This document shows positions 1 through 15,218 of a stretch of DNA of 64,000 bases, one piece after another. This stretch comes from Octopus vulgaris. Taxonomy: Eukaryota. The stretch lies in contig OX597820.1 of the NCBI GenBank assembly GCA_951406725.2, positions 12,586,001 to 12,650,000 of the forward strand, in the 5' to 3' direction. Below the pieces are notes generated by a model. That model saw only the letters and a program-made list of their open reading frames with translations. It ran no database searches and was not told the DNA's origin. Within the stretch, counting starts at the first letter, position 1; the number at the start of each line of letters is the position of its first letter. The translations under genes were made by a program, and so were the position numbers.

Positions 1-379
1 ATAATCTATGGGAGCAAATATTTGTTCTTATAAACATTATCTATAAGTACCAAAGGATTCGTGGTTCTTTTATTTCACGTATATATATATAAATGTCTGT
101 GTATGTGTGTACATGTGTGTACATACATACACACATAGATGCATATACATGTGTGTGTGTGTGCATGTACGTATGTTGCATGTGGATGACTTTCGTGTGT
201 TAACTTAATTGCCCCTGAATTATATGACATTCCAGATTTATAATATAGCACCTGAAGATTATGTGAGATGTGCAGTCTATGCTAAAATAAATGGCTTACT
301 TTAAGCCAACAAAATATCTCCTGTATATATATTCAGCATGAGTATGACGGAAATTGGTTGAGACTACAAATTGATGCAC

Positions 380-467
380 AAATTATATACATATATATAC
401 ATATACATATATATATATATATATATGTACATATACATATTCATATGTATGTATGTAAGTATATATG

Positions 468-531
<64 letters not shown>

Positions 532-565
532 TATATATATGTATGTATGTATATACATATATACA
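380..565. repeat. Compound (TA)n/(TACA)n microsatellite
   Basis: Direct dinucleotide runs; source of the YIYI ORFs. Confidence 0.95.
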
Positions 566-1029
566 CACGTTTCGGAATTTATAAAGTAAATCTCTTTTGC
601 GTATATGTCCTCTATATTCACACCAAAGTTTTCTTTTATTGTCAAGCAAACAGGCACGTTCTCATAAATACACATACACGATCGCGTACACACATACACA
701 TACACATACACAATCACACACACATAGATGTATATAATACAAATAAATAATAAAAAAACGCCAATTTTTTTATTGCATAATCCGTGTAATAATTGTATGT
801 GTGAAATACGTATCTGAGTGCTAGACGTTTTTAGTACCGTATTAATAATATAAATTTGAAAACAACTTCGGCTTGAACGAAAAATACAAACGGGAATCGT
901 TGATTGGATTCTTACATTCGTACCGTTCTAGCTTCACATAAACACACACAAATATTTTATGAGGTTACCCAACATAACCGCAGTTGAATGACTGACAGCA
1001 ATAAAAGCTTAACATATGCACAAGCACAT

Positions 1030-1056
1030 GAACACATACACATGTACACACACACT

Positions 1057-1148
<92 letters not shown>

Positions 1149-1400
1149 GTATATATACATATGTTTGTATGTATATACATAGATATATGTATTTATATAT
1201 ATTACATTTATATATGTGTATATATATATATATATGTAGATATATATATACATATATATATGTACTTATATATACATTCATATATATATATATGTATTTA
1301 TATATACATTCATATATATATATGTATTTATATTTATATATATACATATATAGATACATAAACGTATATATATATTTATATACATGTATGTATATATGTA
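1030..1400. repeat. Degenerate (TA)n microsatellite
   Basis: Direct repeat runs. Confidence 0.95.
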
Positions 1401-1959
1401 AATATCCGTAAAAGATTTTATATTGTTCATAAGTATATGAAAAAATTCGATTCCTTTTATAAGCTTGCCTATTCTGAGGAATATAGCCCAATAGGTCCTG
1501 CATTACAAAATACCTTTAATAGCGAAAAAATACATAAGAGATAAGGTTGTCATCATATAACACGCCACACTTAGTATCACTAACGCCATTAACTTCACCG
1601 ATATCAGCACAAAGAAACGTACCCTAAAACGTTGCAAAAAAGATATTGAAACAATTATAAAGAATAAAAATATATACAACAACAACAGCGACAACAATAG
1701 TAACATGACAAGTACTGAAACCCAAATCTGCTGAGTATTTACTCAACTGAAATCTTTTCAAATCATTGTGTATTTGCCTTGACACAGGAATCTATTAAAT
1801 AATGTTCTGTCCGTCTGACAGATCTAGCTGCGTTATCGAATATGTATATAATTATACGTATAAAAAGATTTGCGTGTGCATATACCTATACATATGTGTG
1901 TGTGTGTGTATATATATAAGGATAGACGTGTGCCTGAGTGCGTGTATGTTTGGATATTT

Positions 1960-2330
<371 letters not shown>

Positions 2331-2980
2331 TAACAAAATGGACAACAAAATTAACATTTATTATTACAGTTATTTTATATTGTTATTATCATTACTGATA
2401 TGGATATTTTTTTTAAAAACTACTTCTGACTTATAATTATCTCTGCTTTTTGCCGCCGTAACCTACTAACGCTACTAATTCGAAGGTGAATACTATTAAA
2501 GCAGCACTCTACTTGTTACTAATATTTCATTACCGGTTACATTTTTTTTTATTTTATATAGTGATGTAGCGAGATCGATTCCTTGAGGAAGCGATCGTGA
2601 GCAGTATTACAATAAAGAATTTAATATATTAAAACGAACGCGAATAAAGCAGTTTTGTATCGAAAATATATACCTCTTTGTTGTCTTTGTTTTTGATCTT
2701 TTCTGTTATACTTGTTGTCTTCGAGGGATATATTTTGTAAATAAACACTCTGAAGAATTCATCACCAAGCCTCCATCTCCAATATCTATCTCTATCTTTC
2801 TCTGTCTTAGACACACACACGCACACACACCACACTCACGCACGCACGCACACACGAACGCACGCATGCACGCGCACACACGTATGTTTAGTGACTATGC
2901 GGATTCGTTTAAAATGGGTCACAGTTCTCTTTTTCCAGCCAAGTCTAATAAAAAATATTCGGGTATTTAGACGCCGTTTT

Positions 2981-3145
2981 AAGGTAGCCAGCTGAGAGAA
3001 TCATTGGCAAGACGGGCAAAATGCCTATCAGCATTATATCTGTTTTCATATTTTGAGTTCAATTTGCATCGAGGTCGACTTTGCCTTTTTCATCATCTTG
3101 GGATCGACGAAATAAGTGCCTTGTGCCGAAATTTGCAACCACTAT
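2981..3145 (+). mobile_element. Old degraded tRNA-SINE, family B (short tail)
   Basis: gagttcaa..gaggtcgactttgcctttttcatc..gggatcgacgaaataagt aligns to young family B copies. Confidence 0.7.
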
Positions 3146-3193
3146 TTAAAGACTATTGTTTATAGCTTTATCTAGTTCCCTCTTTAAAAACAG

Positions 3194-3286
<93 letters not shown>

Positions 3287-3289
<3 letters not shown>

Positions 3290-4068
3290 TGGCGACTACG
3301 GCACTCGGTTTGTTCGGGCTTAGCAAGCCGAGCATAAATTTAGTAAAGTGAAGGTGTACTTGCAAGCTGATATAATTTCTGCCAACACTGACTTCAAGTT
3401 TGTAGTTTCAGTCAAAAACTCGGGCTCTTTTATTGAACCTGGTCACCGATCATTTATTTACGTTCAGCATCTGGCAGTCGTCATAGAGGTGTTTTGTTTC
3501 GAAAAATATCATCCGTAGCGGAAGTTCTCTCGACATCGTTCACACACGCCTGACACGGGCTCAGAAGTTACAGTCCGAGTTGTTATCAATAATCGTAAAA
3601 ATTAAAAGTAATTTAAATTAAATGTGTTCTTGAAACAATAAATTTCTATAGAGATTAGGGTTTAAATTCCAATATTTGAAATTTTTCCGTTCTACAAAAT
3701 TCTTAAAGGAACGAAAAATTATCCAGCGACTCGGGCTAATACGAACGAGCCCGGTAGGTGTAATAATCTAACTGGTGTCTCTTGTCAAGAGTACTGGCGA
3801 GAGAAAGATCGCTGATGTTTGTTGCCCACTCCGCTGTCTTTATTTGGTTGCTGCTATTCTGTGTGTCTGTGTGCAATGATCAGTTGTGTTTTGCAGGGTT
3901 GCTTCATTTTTACCCTTATCTTACAAAGACATAGTGCTAGATATAAAATAATAAGCCATCTGAGGCAAGAAATATCGCGGAAAAACGTGGAATTCTTCGA
4001 GCAGGTTTGTGTCTTATGCGAAATCCGTGATGAGCAACGAGGAACGCTGATGACCTGAGTCGCCTCTG
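3287..4068. mobile_element. Non-autonomous DNA transposon with hAT-like short TIRs, inserted in (TA)n
   Basis: Begins cagtggcgact and ends agtcgcctctg (10/11 inverted match); (TA)n on both sides. Confidence 0.6.
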
Positions 4069-4069
4069 A

Positions 4070-4128
<59 letters not shown>

Positions 4129-4197
4129 ATGTATGTATGTATGTATGTATGTATGTATGTATATATGTATGTATGTATATATGTATATGCATGTATA

Positions 4198-4409
4198 CAG
4201 TGTGACCCAAAATTAGGTTTACAGTTATCACGTAGGCAATTTAGATTTCTTTTAAAACATTTTATTACATCTAAATTTTATGTTACAATTAACTAAATTT
4301 GCATAAAATAATGATTTCATATTTTTTTATAATTAAGATCTAAAGTTTTAATATAGGAATGCGAAAAGAGATAGTTGAATAACTGTAATCCTATTTTTGG
4401 GCCACCCTG
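4198..4409. mobile_element. Tc1/mariner-type MITE
   Basis: About 34-bp TIRs cagtgtgacccaaaattaggtttacagttat / ataactgtaatcctatttttgggccaccctg, TA on both sides. Confidence 0.8.
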
Positions 4410-4535
4410 TATATATATATATATATATACACACACAACATTTCGGTAAATTTGTTGGTCCCACAGTCTTACCTGTCAGTAAACAATTTCTTCAAACAGA
4501 TTATATATACATACATACATTTATATATCTGAAAT

Positions 4536-4890
4536 ACATGGTTCCGGGTTCAGTCCCACTGCGTGGCACATTGGGCAAGTGTCTTCTACTATAGCCTCAG
4601 GCCGACCAAAGCCTCGTGAGTGGATTTCGTAGATAGAAACTGAAAGAAGCCCGTCATATATATGTATATATATGTAAATGTGTGTATATATTTGTGTGTA
4701 TATATTTGTGTGTCTGTGTTTTTCCCCCCAAATTCGCTTGACAACCGATGGTGGTGTGTTACGGAAAAAGAACCCGATAGAGTAAGTACTAGGCATACAA
4801 AGAATAAGTCCTATGGTCTATTTGATCGACTAAATGCGGTGCTCCAGCATGACTAGAGTCAAATGACTGAAACAAGTAAAAAAGTAAGAG
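4536..4890 (+). mobile_element. tRNA-SINE family A, 5'-truncated
   Basis: Aligns to the full copy at 9165-9573. Confidence 0.9.
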
Positions 4891-5194
4891 TATATACCGA
4901 ATATAATTCAGACGGGCTGGATTGAAGAAGAAGTAGCTAAGATTTTAATCCGAATGCGAAGAACATTTACATGGGCTCAATCCCAACATTGTGACACATA
5001 TTTTTTGCACAAGCCAGAAGTGTAATTCAAAGAGACAGCTTTATCATCTGATGTCGTTGTGATTATTGCATTAAACATTCAAGATTCTGTGGAAAATTAG
5101 ACCACTTACAAAATTATACATCCAGCAACCAATCAGCTAGTACCTTGCAATCAGTTAGTACCTAGAATAGGATTTAGAAAAAGTGTTGAAACAT

Positions 5195-6030
5195 TAGGAA
5201 AGGCATTTGTTAAAAAGTAAACCCTGGTTTTGGATTCAGTCTCACGGTGTAGCACCATGGGATTCTTCTACTGTAGCCCTGAGCTTTGTCCAAAGCTTTG
5301 TAAAGAGAATTGGGTGGATGGAATCTAAGAGAAGATTGTTGTGTCTGTGTATGTGTGGAAGCACTCCGTCGGTTGCGACGATGAGGTTTCCGGTTGATCC
5401 GAATCAACGGAAACCTGCTCGTGAAATTAACGTGTAAGTGGTTGAGCACTCCACAGACACGTTAACCCTTAACGTAGTTCTCGGGGATATTCAACGTGAC
5501 ACAGAGAGTGACAAGGCTGGCCCTTTGAAATACAGGTACAACAGAAACAGGAAGTAAGAGTGAGAGAATGTTGTGGTGAAAGAGTACATCAGGGATCACC
5601 ACCATCCCCTGCCGGAGCTTCGTGGAGCTTTTAGGTGTTTTCGCTCAATAAACACTCACAACGCCCGGTCTGGGAATCGAAACCGCGATCCTATGACCGC
5701 GAGTCCGCTGCCCTAACCACTGGGTCATTGCGCCTCCACTGTGTATGTGTACACACATATATGTAAGAGAGAGTGTGAGCGTCTGAATGTTTGTATCTCC
5801 TTCTTTTGACTTACATGATAATAGTAAATGAGTGTTACTGTCAGACAAGCAGTATCATTCATTTCCAATGTTCTATGAAAGTATGCCTGACCATTGAGAT
5901 ATATTACTTTGCTGGCAATATATCTCAATGAGAGTTGGTGGCAAGACTGGTAACCAGCTGTAGTAAATCTACCTCAATAAACTCTATCACACCCATGCAA
6001 GCAGGGGAAAGTGAACATTAAAATGATGAT
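5195..6030 (+). mobile_element. Old family A-head SINE with RTE-like tail, interrupted by a family C SINE
   Basis: Degenerate family A body at 5207-5350; tail acccatgcaagcaggggaaagtgaacattaaaatgatgat. Confidence 0.6.
5357..5738 (-). mobile_element. tRNA-SINE family C (tRNA-Arg-like head), full length
   Basis: A/B boxes; near-identical to 15872-16255 and 38722-39106; TSD ctgtgtatgtgt at 5345-5356 and 5739-5750. Confidence 0.95.
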
Positions 6031-6657
6031 ATATTGTTTAATCTAATGAAGTAGCGTCACTTATTTAGTAGCATTGGTAGTGGTCTAAGGGACTATATAA
6101 TTATGGTAAATAAAGAAGAAAAACTAGTTTCACTGAGGGTTTATTTCAGATGAAATAATTATATTTGATAATTGAAATACTTAGGATTAGCTTATAAGGA
6201 GTATATGATTGTATTTAGTCAAGAATTTACATAACATAGGTGTGTATGTGTGTGTATATTTTCCTGAATATTAGAATATTCAGGTTTTACTATGTAAAGT
6301 TGAAGGTAAAGATAAGCATATTTGCATGTTTTCATTGTTAATGAGTAAAAACAAAAAAAAAAGAGACAAAAGACTTTAAAAATATGAAAGAATTGCAAAA
6401 TTAAGAACAAATTGGGAAATGGATGTAGAATAAAATAGACTATATAAGGATGTTGAAACAGACATTAAATCATTTTTTGATTATTTTATATAATATTCTT
6501 AAAACAAGATATTCTTTGATTAAATAAAGTAGCTGTATTAATTGGTTGTTAAAACACAACCTTAATTATTTTTTTTCTTGGATTGCAGGAGGAGTGCAGA
6601 TATGATCATATATTACCCAAATCCTAAGGTGTATTTATTTGCAATATATATATATAC

Positions 6658-6724
<67 letters not shown>

Positions 6725-6886
6725 CTATACTTATATAGTAAACTATGTGTGTTTGCGTGTAAGAGTTTTATGGTCTAGTATATCTGGGCACATGTATCTA
6801 TATTCCTGTTTCTCCAAACGTATGCGTGTGTCTATCGTTTCATTTACTCTGAGAATGCCTAACATCACACACACACACACACACAC

Positions 6887-6964
<78 letters not shown>

Positions 6965-7126
6965 CTGTATATTCATATGTATACATATACATGCATATCT
7001 GGAGAGGAAACAGCGTTGATGAAAGAAATATTGTTTACATTTATTTTAAATCGATTCTGTTTACTGAAACGTAGAAGACCTTCGCCCCGGACACTCACCA
7101 TAAATCTTATAGACTCTTATTCTATA

Positions 7127-7508
7127 CTAGCAGTATCGTCCGGCCTTGCTCGGCTTTGTTTCGACCCTTTAGAATTGGAATTTTGAAAAGTAAAAATGTT
7201 GCATTATGTAGGTTGTTATTCTCTTTAAGTGAGAATTCTGGTTGAAATACACCGAAAAAAGGCGACACAGCAGTCAAAAAATCCTAAAAAATAGGGATTT
7301 TCATAGGAAAAAAGCACCTTTCTGATGTTAATACTTTTTGGTGTTAACATGGTCCGATTTGAATTTTTACGGAAGGAAGAGCAAGCCTTCTTCTATCATA
7401 CTCTCAATTTTGGTCAACATAAGCCGCAGGGTCTAGGAGGAGATAGTGTTAGTTGAAGGGTACCAAACCTGCCATACACAGACAATTTCAGCTTTATATA
7501 TAGAGAGA
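7127..7508 (-). mobile_element. Non-autonomous Helitron
   Basis: 5' TC(tctctatatataaag), 3' hairpin ccgagcaaggccgg followed by CTAG, A|T insertion site. Confidence 0.8.
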
Positions 7509-7740
7509 TAAAAGCGCATCGAACCGCGCTTTGATTGACGTCAGACAGATATCAGACACATATTTGGGCGCCATTATACTTCTTCATAGACAGACACGAC
7601 ACATTTAGTCATTCATAACGAAGTCGGAACTTCTATTGCCATATTTAATCAGGAAAAAAGTACATTACTTCTGAAACTGTCACTCATTCAGGTTTCCAAT
7701 CGCATCACTCATTTCCTTCTTGAAACCTCAACCTTCTATT

Positions 7741-7885
7741 CGTAACTGGTACTTAATTTATCGACCCTGAAAGGAGGAAAGGCAAAGTCGACCTCGGCGG
7801 AATTTGAACTCAGAACGTAACGGCAGACGAAATATAGCTACGCATTTCGCCCGGCGTGCTAACGTTTCTGCCAGCTCGCCGCCTT
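7741..7885 (-). mobile_element. tRNA-SINE family B, 3'-truncated
   Basis: Aligns to 14983-15127. Confidence 0.9.
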
Positions 7886-8504
7886 GTTCAGGTAATTGTT
7901 ATAGTAAGAACAATACATACAATGCATACTTATGCATACTTATGTCCATTCGCGTGTCATTTTCACAGAAACATCGTCAGTGTGAACATCCGCCGCCTCT
8001 GTCTCGAACACAAGACCTGAACAGTATGTTGCTCTTGCCTAACACCTCAATGTAATCACTGGCATTTTGCTTAATTTTGCTACAAACCAATGCGCAGAAA
8101 TCCGAAAGAAATTTGTTGGCCAACTCTTAAGCAAAAAACAACCACTTGCAAATTAAACGTCAGATAACAAATCAAAGAATGAATTTAGCAAAGTTATTCA
8201 AATCAAATATTTTAAAATCCTAATATGCAAAAACATATCCCATGTTTATTCGATTGATAGAAAAGTGCAGATGTAAAACTAGATTATTATGATACACAAG
8301 CGTCACATATCGTAAGAGAGTACTCACGCAGAGATTAAAGTTCCATCAAGATAAATCTCTAGAATTTACATAACATTTTATTTCAATGTAAAGAAAGGAA
8401 CCCAAATATGTTTTTGTCTTCTTTAATATGATTGTAACATAATTTTAATAATTTATGCTCGACTACATCAACCTTCTGAGCATTAATTCTTTTTTTTTCT
8501 TTTT

Positions 8505-8891
8505 CTTTTTACTTGTTTCAGTCATCTTGACTGCGGCCATGCTGGTGCACCGCCTTTAATCGAGCAACTCGACCCCGGGACTTATTCTTTGTAAGCCCAG
8601 TACTTATTCTATCGGTCTCTTTTGCCGAACCGCTAAGTTACGGGGACATAAATACACCAGCATCGGTTGTCAAGCGATGTTGGGGGGACAAACACACACA
8701 CGCATATATATATATATATATATTTATGTATATATACGACGGGCTTCTTTCAGTTTCCGTCTACCAAATCCACTCACAAGGCTTTAGTCGGCCCGAGGCT
8801 ATAGTAGAAGACACTTGCCCAAGGTGTCACGCAGTGGGACTGAACCCGGAACCATGTGGTTGGTAAACAAGCCACTTACCACACAGCCACT
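8505..8891 (-). mobile_element. tRNA-SINE family A
   Basis: Reverse complement of 9165-9573. Confidence 0.92.
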
Positions 8892-9164
8892 GTTTGTTTA
8901 AATTCTGAAAATCTACCAATACTCTTTGGTGCATATTTTCTTTTTTAATTTAGTATTGCACGGAAATTTGGCTCTCTGAGCACTGCATCATATTACCGAA
9001 AGTAATGTCTACTAATGAAGATGATTACGCACTTCCTGTCCCCTAGTCAGTCCAATAATTTGTATTAGGCTCTGTAGTCACCTGGCGTTTAATTCCGAAG
9101 CATATGTGTATCGAGTTCTAACAACCGATTATTAATATCGTTGCAAATAAGAGAAATCAATATA

Positions 9165-9573
9165 GGCGCAGGAGTGGCTGTGTGGTAAGTAGCTTGCTAA
9201 CCAACCACATGGTTCCGGGTTCAGTCCCACTGCGTGACATCTTGGGCAAGTGTCTTCTGCTATAGCCCCGGGCCGACCAATGCCTTGTGAGTGGATTTGG
9301 TAGACGGAAACTGAAAGAAGCCTGTCGTATATATGTATATATATATATATATATGTATGTGTATGTGTTTGTGTGTCTGTGTTTGTCCCCCTAGCATTGC
9401 TTGACAACCGATGCTGGTGTGTTTACGTCCCCGTCACTTAGTGGTTCGGCAAAAGAGACCGATAGAATAAGTACTGGGCTTACAAAGAATAAGTCCCGGG
9501 GTCGATTTGCTCGACTAAAGGCGGTGCTCCAGCATGGCCGCAGTCAAATGACTGAAACAAGTAAAAGAGAGAG
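9165..9573 (+). mobile_element. tRNA-SINE family A, full length
   Basis: A box tggctgtgtgg, B-box-like gggttcagtccc, internal TA/TG tract, LINE-like tail ggcggtgctccagcatggccgcagtcaaatgactgaaac. Confidence 0.95.
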
Positions 9574-9719
9574 TATAGATGTTCGAAAGTTCGATGTTTT
9601 GTTGTTACAAACACATATCTAATTCGTACCTGACTACTCAAGTGCTAAATCACATGCATTTCTCCAATCATTACAGAGGTGTGTTGATGGAACTCATTCT
9701 ATCCAACACTCGATTTACT

Positions 9720-10620
9720 CTCGTGACTGCAGGTTTGGACTGTTTCAGCCACTCTCTTTTTTCAATACCTCAATAATCTACACACCACCATATCCTAACC
9801 AACAACACCCTCTATAATGCAGATCACAACTCTTTATCCCTCCTTCCATATGCCATTCACACAAAACCGGGACACCATGTATCAAACCTGCATTACATCC
9901 ATCGATAGAAACACAGAGAGCCTCCTGTAATGCGGTAACCTGTCTCGTGGTTTGGCTGCAACAAATCACGCGCTTTTTATATCCTAAGAAAGGAAACGCA
10001 TCGTACCACATGAGAGGTACTCAGACAGTTCCCATACATTCGCTCAAAATGCTGGGCTGCGCTATCATTGAGGCTCTCATCTGGCGAAAGCAGGTCTTTT
10101 GTATAGCTAGGACCGCATCTCAAAGACTTTAGGACCAGAAACCATTTCAGCACCAAACTGCTGCTGTTACTATACACAGCTCAGTTGAGACTCAAAATCG
10201 AGTGATGCTCCCACAACTGAGGATGTGCTGCAGCTACAAACATTTAATTCTTGGTGGTATTCAGTTCAGAGGAAAGCGGCTCTGCAGGCTGCCGATTCAT
10301 CACTAACAAAAACGCTCCAGCAAATTTTCTCTTCCTCTTGTCTTTCAGTCTTTCCTCTCGCTAATACTATAGCCTCTACGTCTCGGAGTTGGCTGCTCTC
10401 ATATCTTCACCACTCATGCTCACTCGTCTCTCTCTACCTCCGACACCCTTTGTGCGCCCAATCCACATTTTATTTGCCCTAATAACTATGTTTAATTCAT
10501 CTTCCCCAGAAAATCGGGCCCCTGGTCAGACCCTTCCATTCCGTCTCATGGTTTTCTCGCAAGTATTGACTGACAAAAAGCTAAACGGAACATTAGCTAT
10601 ATCTTTCTTACCAGTCTCAT
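9720..10620 (+). pseudogene. Degraded LINE ORF2 C-terminal fragment (Jockey/I-group-like)
   Basis: Manual translation near 10158-10280 gives LLLLYTAQLRLKIE*CSHN*GCAA..SVQRKAA, resembling the LYKAQVRPxMEYCSHxW..IQRRA RT C-terminal motif. Confidence 0.6.
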
Positions 10621-11479
10621 AAAAGACTTGTATATATTTTACGTTCTTTCTCTTCTTCCAAACACAGCAAGCAAAACGTTTTCGTAGATGTCTGCCCTTC
10701 TTCTTTTAAGGTCAATAACAAATCTCGTGATTAATGTAAAAGTCGTTTGTGATATTAATTATCATATAAGAGGGAATTATAGACCAAACTTTATGTAATT
10801 GTCTTCAGTTTACCTTGCGAAAATATGATATTATTTCGCATCACACCGAAATTAATATTGAGTCACAGTCTTTATACGAGAGATTGCGAAGCAAGTATTG
10901 CCTTTATCGATGAGATAACACTGATGAAATCTCTATCTATATTTCTACGTAATTAAATAATGCAAATATCTTGACAGCGAGTGTAAACAATTGAATAAAT
11001 ATATAAATGATTCATCTAATAAGAACAGATTTTCAATACTTTACACAAGTTCAGTAATGTTGTTTAATGACAAATATCTCGTTTGTACGATGAGATGCAA
11101 GTTCAAAACAAAATTTGGACACTAACATATTGTTTGCTTTTTAAATGGTCCATTCATTTTTATGTGATCCAAACATATTCTACGAAACTTAAAGAAAGTG
11201 ACATTTCAAAGATCATAATCTCACATCAGTTCAATTACAAACGCATCAGTTATAAACTTGAATAGAGAGAAAGAGTAACAATGACACAGATATTCGCACA
11301 GGTCAATATACTCTCAGATTAATAACATTTACACAAAATTTAGATAGATATAAGGTTAATGGAAAATCAATCTTTATCCGCATTTAAATACATCTATTAC
11401 AGGTACATACACGTTCTCCAACTTCGTTTCTCTTATATAAGCATCCCCCAGCCATACTTATATAATACGTACGTATATT

Positions 11480-11559
<80 letters not shown>

Positions 11560-11620
11560 CATATATAACATACCCGTACAAACTTATAATAATTATTAAT
11601 TATATATATATATATATATA

Positions 11621-11774
11621 TAAGAAAGATGAGAAAATAGAGATGAATCAATTAATAATTTTTCCATGAATTACAAAAATAGACGTAATCCCTGACAATT
11701 GTCAGAGATTATCTCTATTTTTGAAATTAATAGCTAATTATTAATTGATTTATCTTTATGTTCCCATTTTCTTA
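11621..11774. repeat. Imperfect fold-back (about 77-bp arms) abutting (TA)n
   Basis: Central palindrome ctgacaattgtcag at 11692-11705; arms pair outward. Confidence 0.75.
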
Positions 11775-11910
11775 AATAAATATAAACCTGGACTTACCTG
11801 ATTGCCTTATGGATGAATATTAAATATAATATTCAATATAAATATTAGGTAATAAACCAGTAAATTCATTGGATTTTATTATCCCTTAATGAGGGAGATA
11901 ACCTTTAATT

Positions 11911-12897
11911 GTGCGTGACCTCGGCATAGCTGGAAAACTTGGAGTGTGGTTGCATGACTTACTGAAAGATAGGAGTCAGGCAGTAGTGGTTAATGGAGCC
12001 ACCTCTATAAACACACAAATAGTGAGCGCTGTTCCACAGGGCACTGTCTTGGGACCACTGCTTTTTATAGTGGCCCTCTCAGATATGCCCTCAAATGCCC
12101 GGATAGCCACTCTGGCAAGATATGGAGACGATACGGAAGTCTCGCAGAAAATACAGAACCCCAGCGATGTTACACACCTGCAGCAGGAGTTGGACTCAAT
12201 CTACAGATTAACTGAGGATAGCTGAAAAATTCCAGGCCCTGCGCTATCAGCATCCAAAACTGAATATTAAACTTACAGGATACACCGGTCCACAGGGAAT
12301 TTCAATCCCAGAGCCTAAATCTGTGAGGGACCTGGGTATCGACATGAGTGATGATACCTCTTTCCAAGTGCACATTGCTAGGATGGCGACAAAGTGCAGA
12401 CGACTGGCTGGGTGGATCCTAAGAACAGCTAAGACTCTACTCCCTGGAGAGAAGACGGGAGAGGTATGCAGTAATATATGTCTGGAATATCCTGGAAGGA
12501 ATTGTGCCAAATTTTGGCATTGTAAGCTACACCAATGCTAGAACGGGACGACACTGCATAGTGCCAAAGATCCTAGCAATGCCATCACGCTTCAGGACCA
12601 GCTTCTGCAACAGCCTGGGTTTCAAGGGACCACAGCTTTTTAATATTCTCCCAAAGAGTTTGAGGAACTCGCACAAAGTAGATGTAGCGGTTTTAAAATC
12701 AAAGCTGGACATCTTCCTGTCAAGAGTCCCAGATGAACCTACCTCACAGCAAGAGGTGCAAATGAGAGTAGCTATATCAAACTCCATTCTTCACCAAGTG
12801 CCACATATTAGACGAGGTTAGTCGTAATAACAGTGTAGCACAAAACGGCGGTGCATCAGCATGGCCGCAGCTCTGAGCTGAAACTAGAAAAAAAAAA
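11911..12897 (+). pseudogene. 5'-truncated CR1-group LINE (RT domain to 3' end) with internal deletions
   Basis: VPQGTVLGPLLF, YGDDT (from YADD), VRDLGI, GPQLFNILP..FLSRVPDEP; 3' stem-loop followed by poly(A). Confidence 0.9.
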
Positions 12898-12907
12898 TAT
12901 ATATGTA

Positions 12908-13238
12908 GGAGACCCCCTTCGGTCATGACTGACCATGGGATTACACCTTGTAAGTTACCCTCTAAGGCACAGGTCAGGGCTAGATTGTTTTTGGAAGGCT
13001 AGCAGTCACCCATGCATACCAGCTTCCCTTCTCCACACCACTGATGTTATCTAAGGGAAAGGAAACAGCAGATACAGCTTGGCACAAGTGATGTTGCAAC
13101 ACATTTCTACAGCTGAGTGAACTGAAGCAACGTGAAATAAAGTGTCTTGCTCAAGAACACAACACACAGCCAGTCCGGGAATCGAACTCACAACCTCATG
13201 ATCGCAAGCTCTACGCCCTAACCACCAAGCCATGCGCC

Positions 13239-13241
<3 letters not shown>
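12908..13241 (-). mobile_element. tRNA-SINE family D
   Basis: A box tggcttggtgg, B box gagttcgattcc, then gtgttcttgagcaagacacttt conserved-domain-like segment. Confidence 0.8.
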
Positions 13242-14451
<1,210 letters not shown>

Positions 14452-14531
14452 CAAAGTGGAGTTGTGGGGTACCGCACGAGTGGAATTATATACGAAAGAA
14501 GGTTTGAAAATGCAATTTAAAAGATGTTTAT

Positions 14532-14576
14532 TTACTTTACCGGTTTCACTCTTTGGAAAAAGATTGTCAAAAGTAA
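14532..14576 (-). ncRNA. Minimal type I hammerhead motif, U3-A8 core variant
   Basis: ttactt-TTGACAA-tctttttccaaagagt-GAAA-ccgg-TA-aagtaa. Confidence 0.65.
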
Positions 14577-14610
14577 CATGTGGAAGTTTGGTTGCGTTAA
14601 TTATTGGTTG

Positions 14611-14663
<53 letters not shown>

Positions 14664-14982
14664 AGTGGATTTCAAAATTTGGTTGATAGCAATATATAAT
14701 CTGGGCGGGTACCGTATTCGCTTTTATCGGTTAATAATTCTGGCTAACCTCAGTGAGTGTAGAAAAAGTCCAGTTAATTTATTGTTCTATTCTCAGTAGA
14801 TCTTCATATCGTTCTCCTTAATTATTCATTTCTGGATGCATCCATGTGGTGTTTGTGCGTGCGTGCGTGCTTGCAGGTGTATGTGTGTATGTGTGTGTGT
14901 GTGTGCGGGCGCCTGTGAGTGCGTGCGTATTTGCATAAGTATGCATTGTATGTATTGTTCTTACTATAACAATTACCTGAAC

Positions 14983-15218
14983 AAGGCGGCGAGCTGGCAG
15001 AAACGTTAGCACGCCGGGCGAAATGCGTAGCCGTATTTCGTCTGCCGTTACGTTCTGAGTTCAAATTCCGCCGAGGTCGACTTTGCCTTTCATCCTTTCG
15101 GGGTCGATAAATTAAGTACAAGTTACGCACTGAGGTCGATGTAATCGACTTAATGCCCTTGTCTGTCCTTGTTTGTCCCTTCTGTGTTTAGCCCCTTGTG
15201 GATAGTAAAGAAATAAGT
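14983..15218 (+). mobile_element. tRNA-SINE family B, full length
   Basis: A box tggcagaaacg, B box gagttcaaattc; many copies in the window. Confidence 0.95.

Noticed and set aside
565-605. cgaaacgt motif on the - strand resembling an HHR remnant
   Set aside because: No CUGANGA or UUGANAA core.
6589-6628. Possible micro-exon (ttgcag|GAGG..AAG|gtgtat)
   Set aside because: Weak donor, no recognisable peptide; cannot be supported without RNA-seq.
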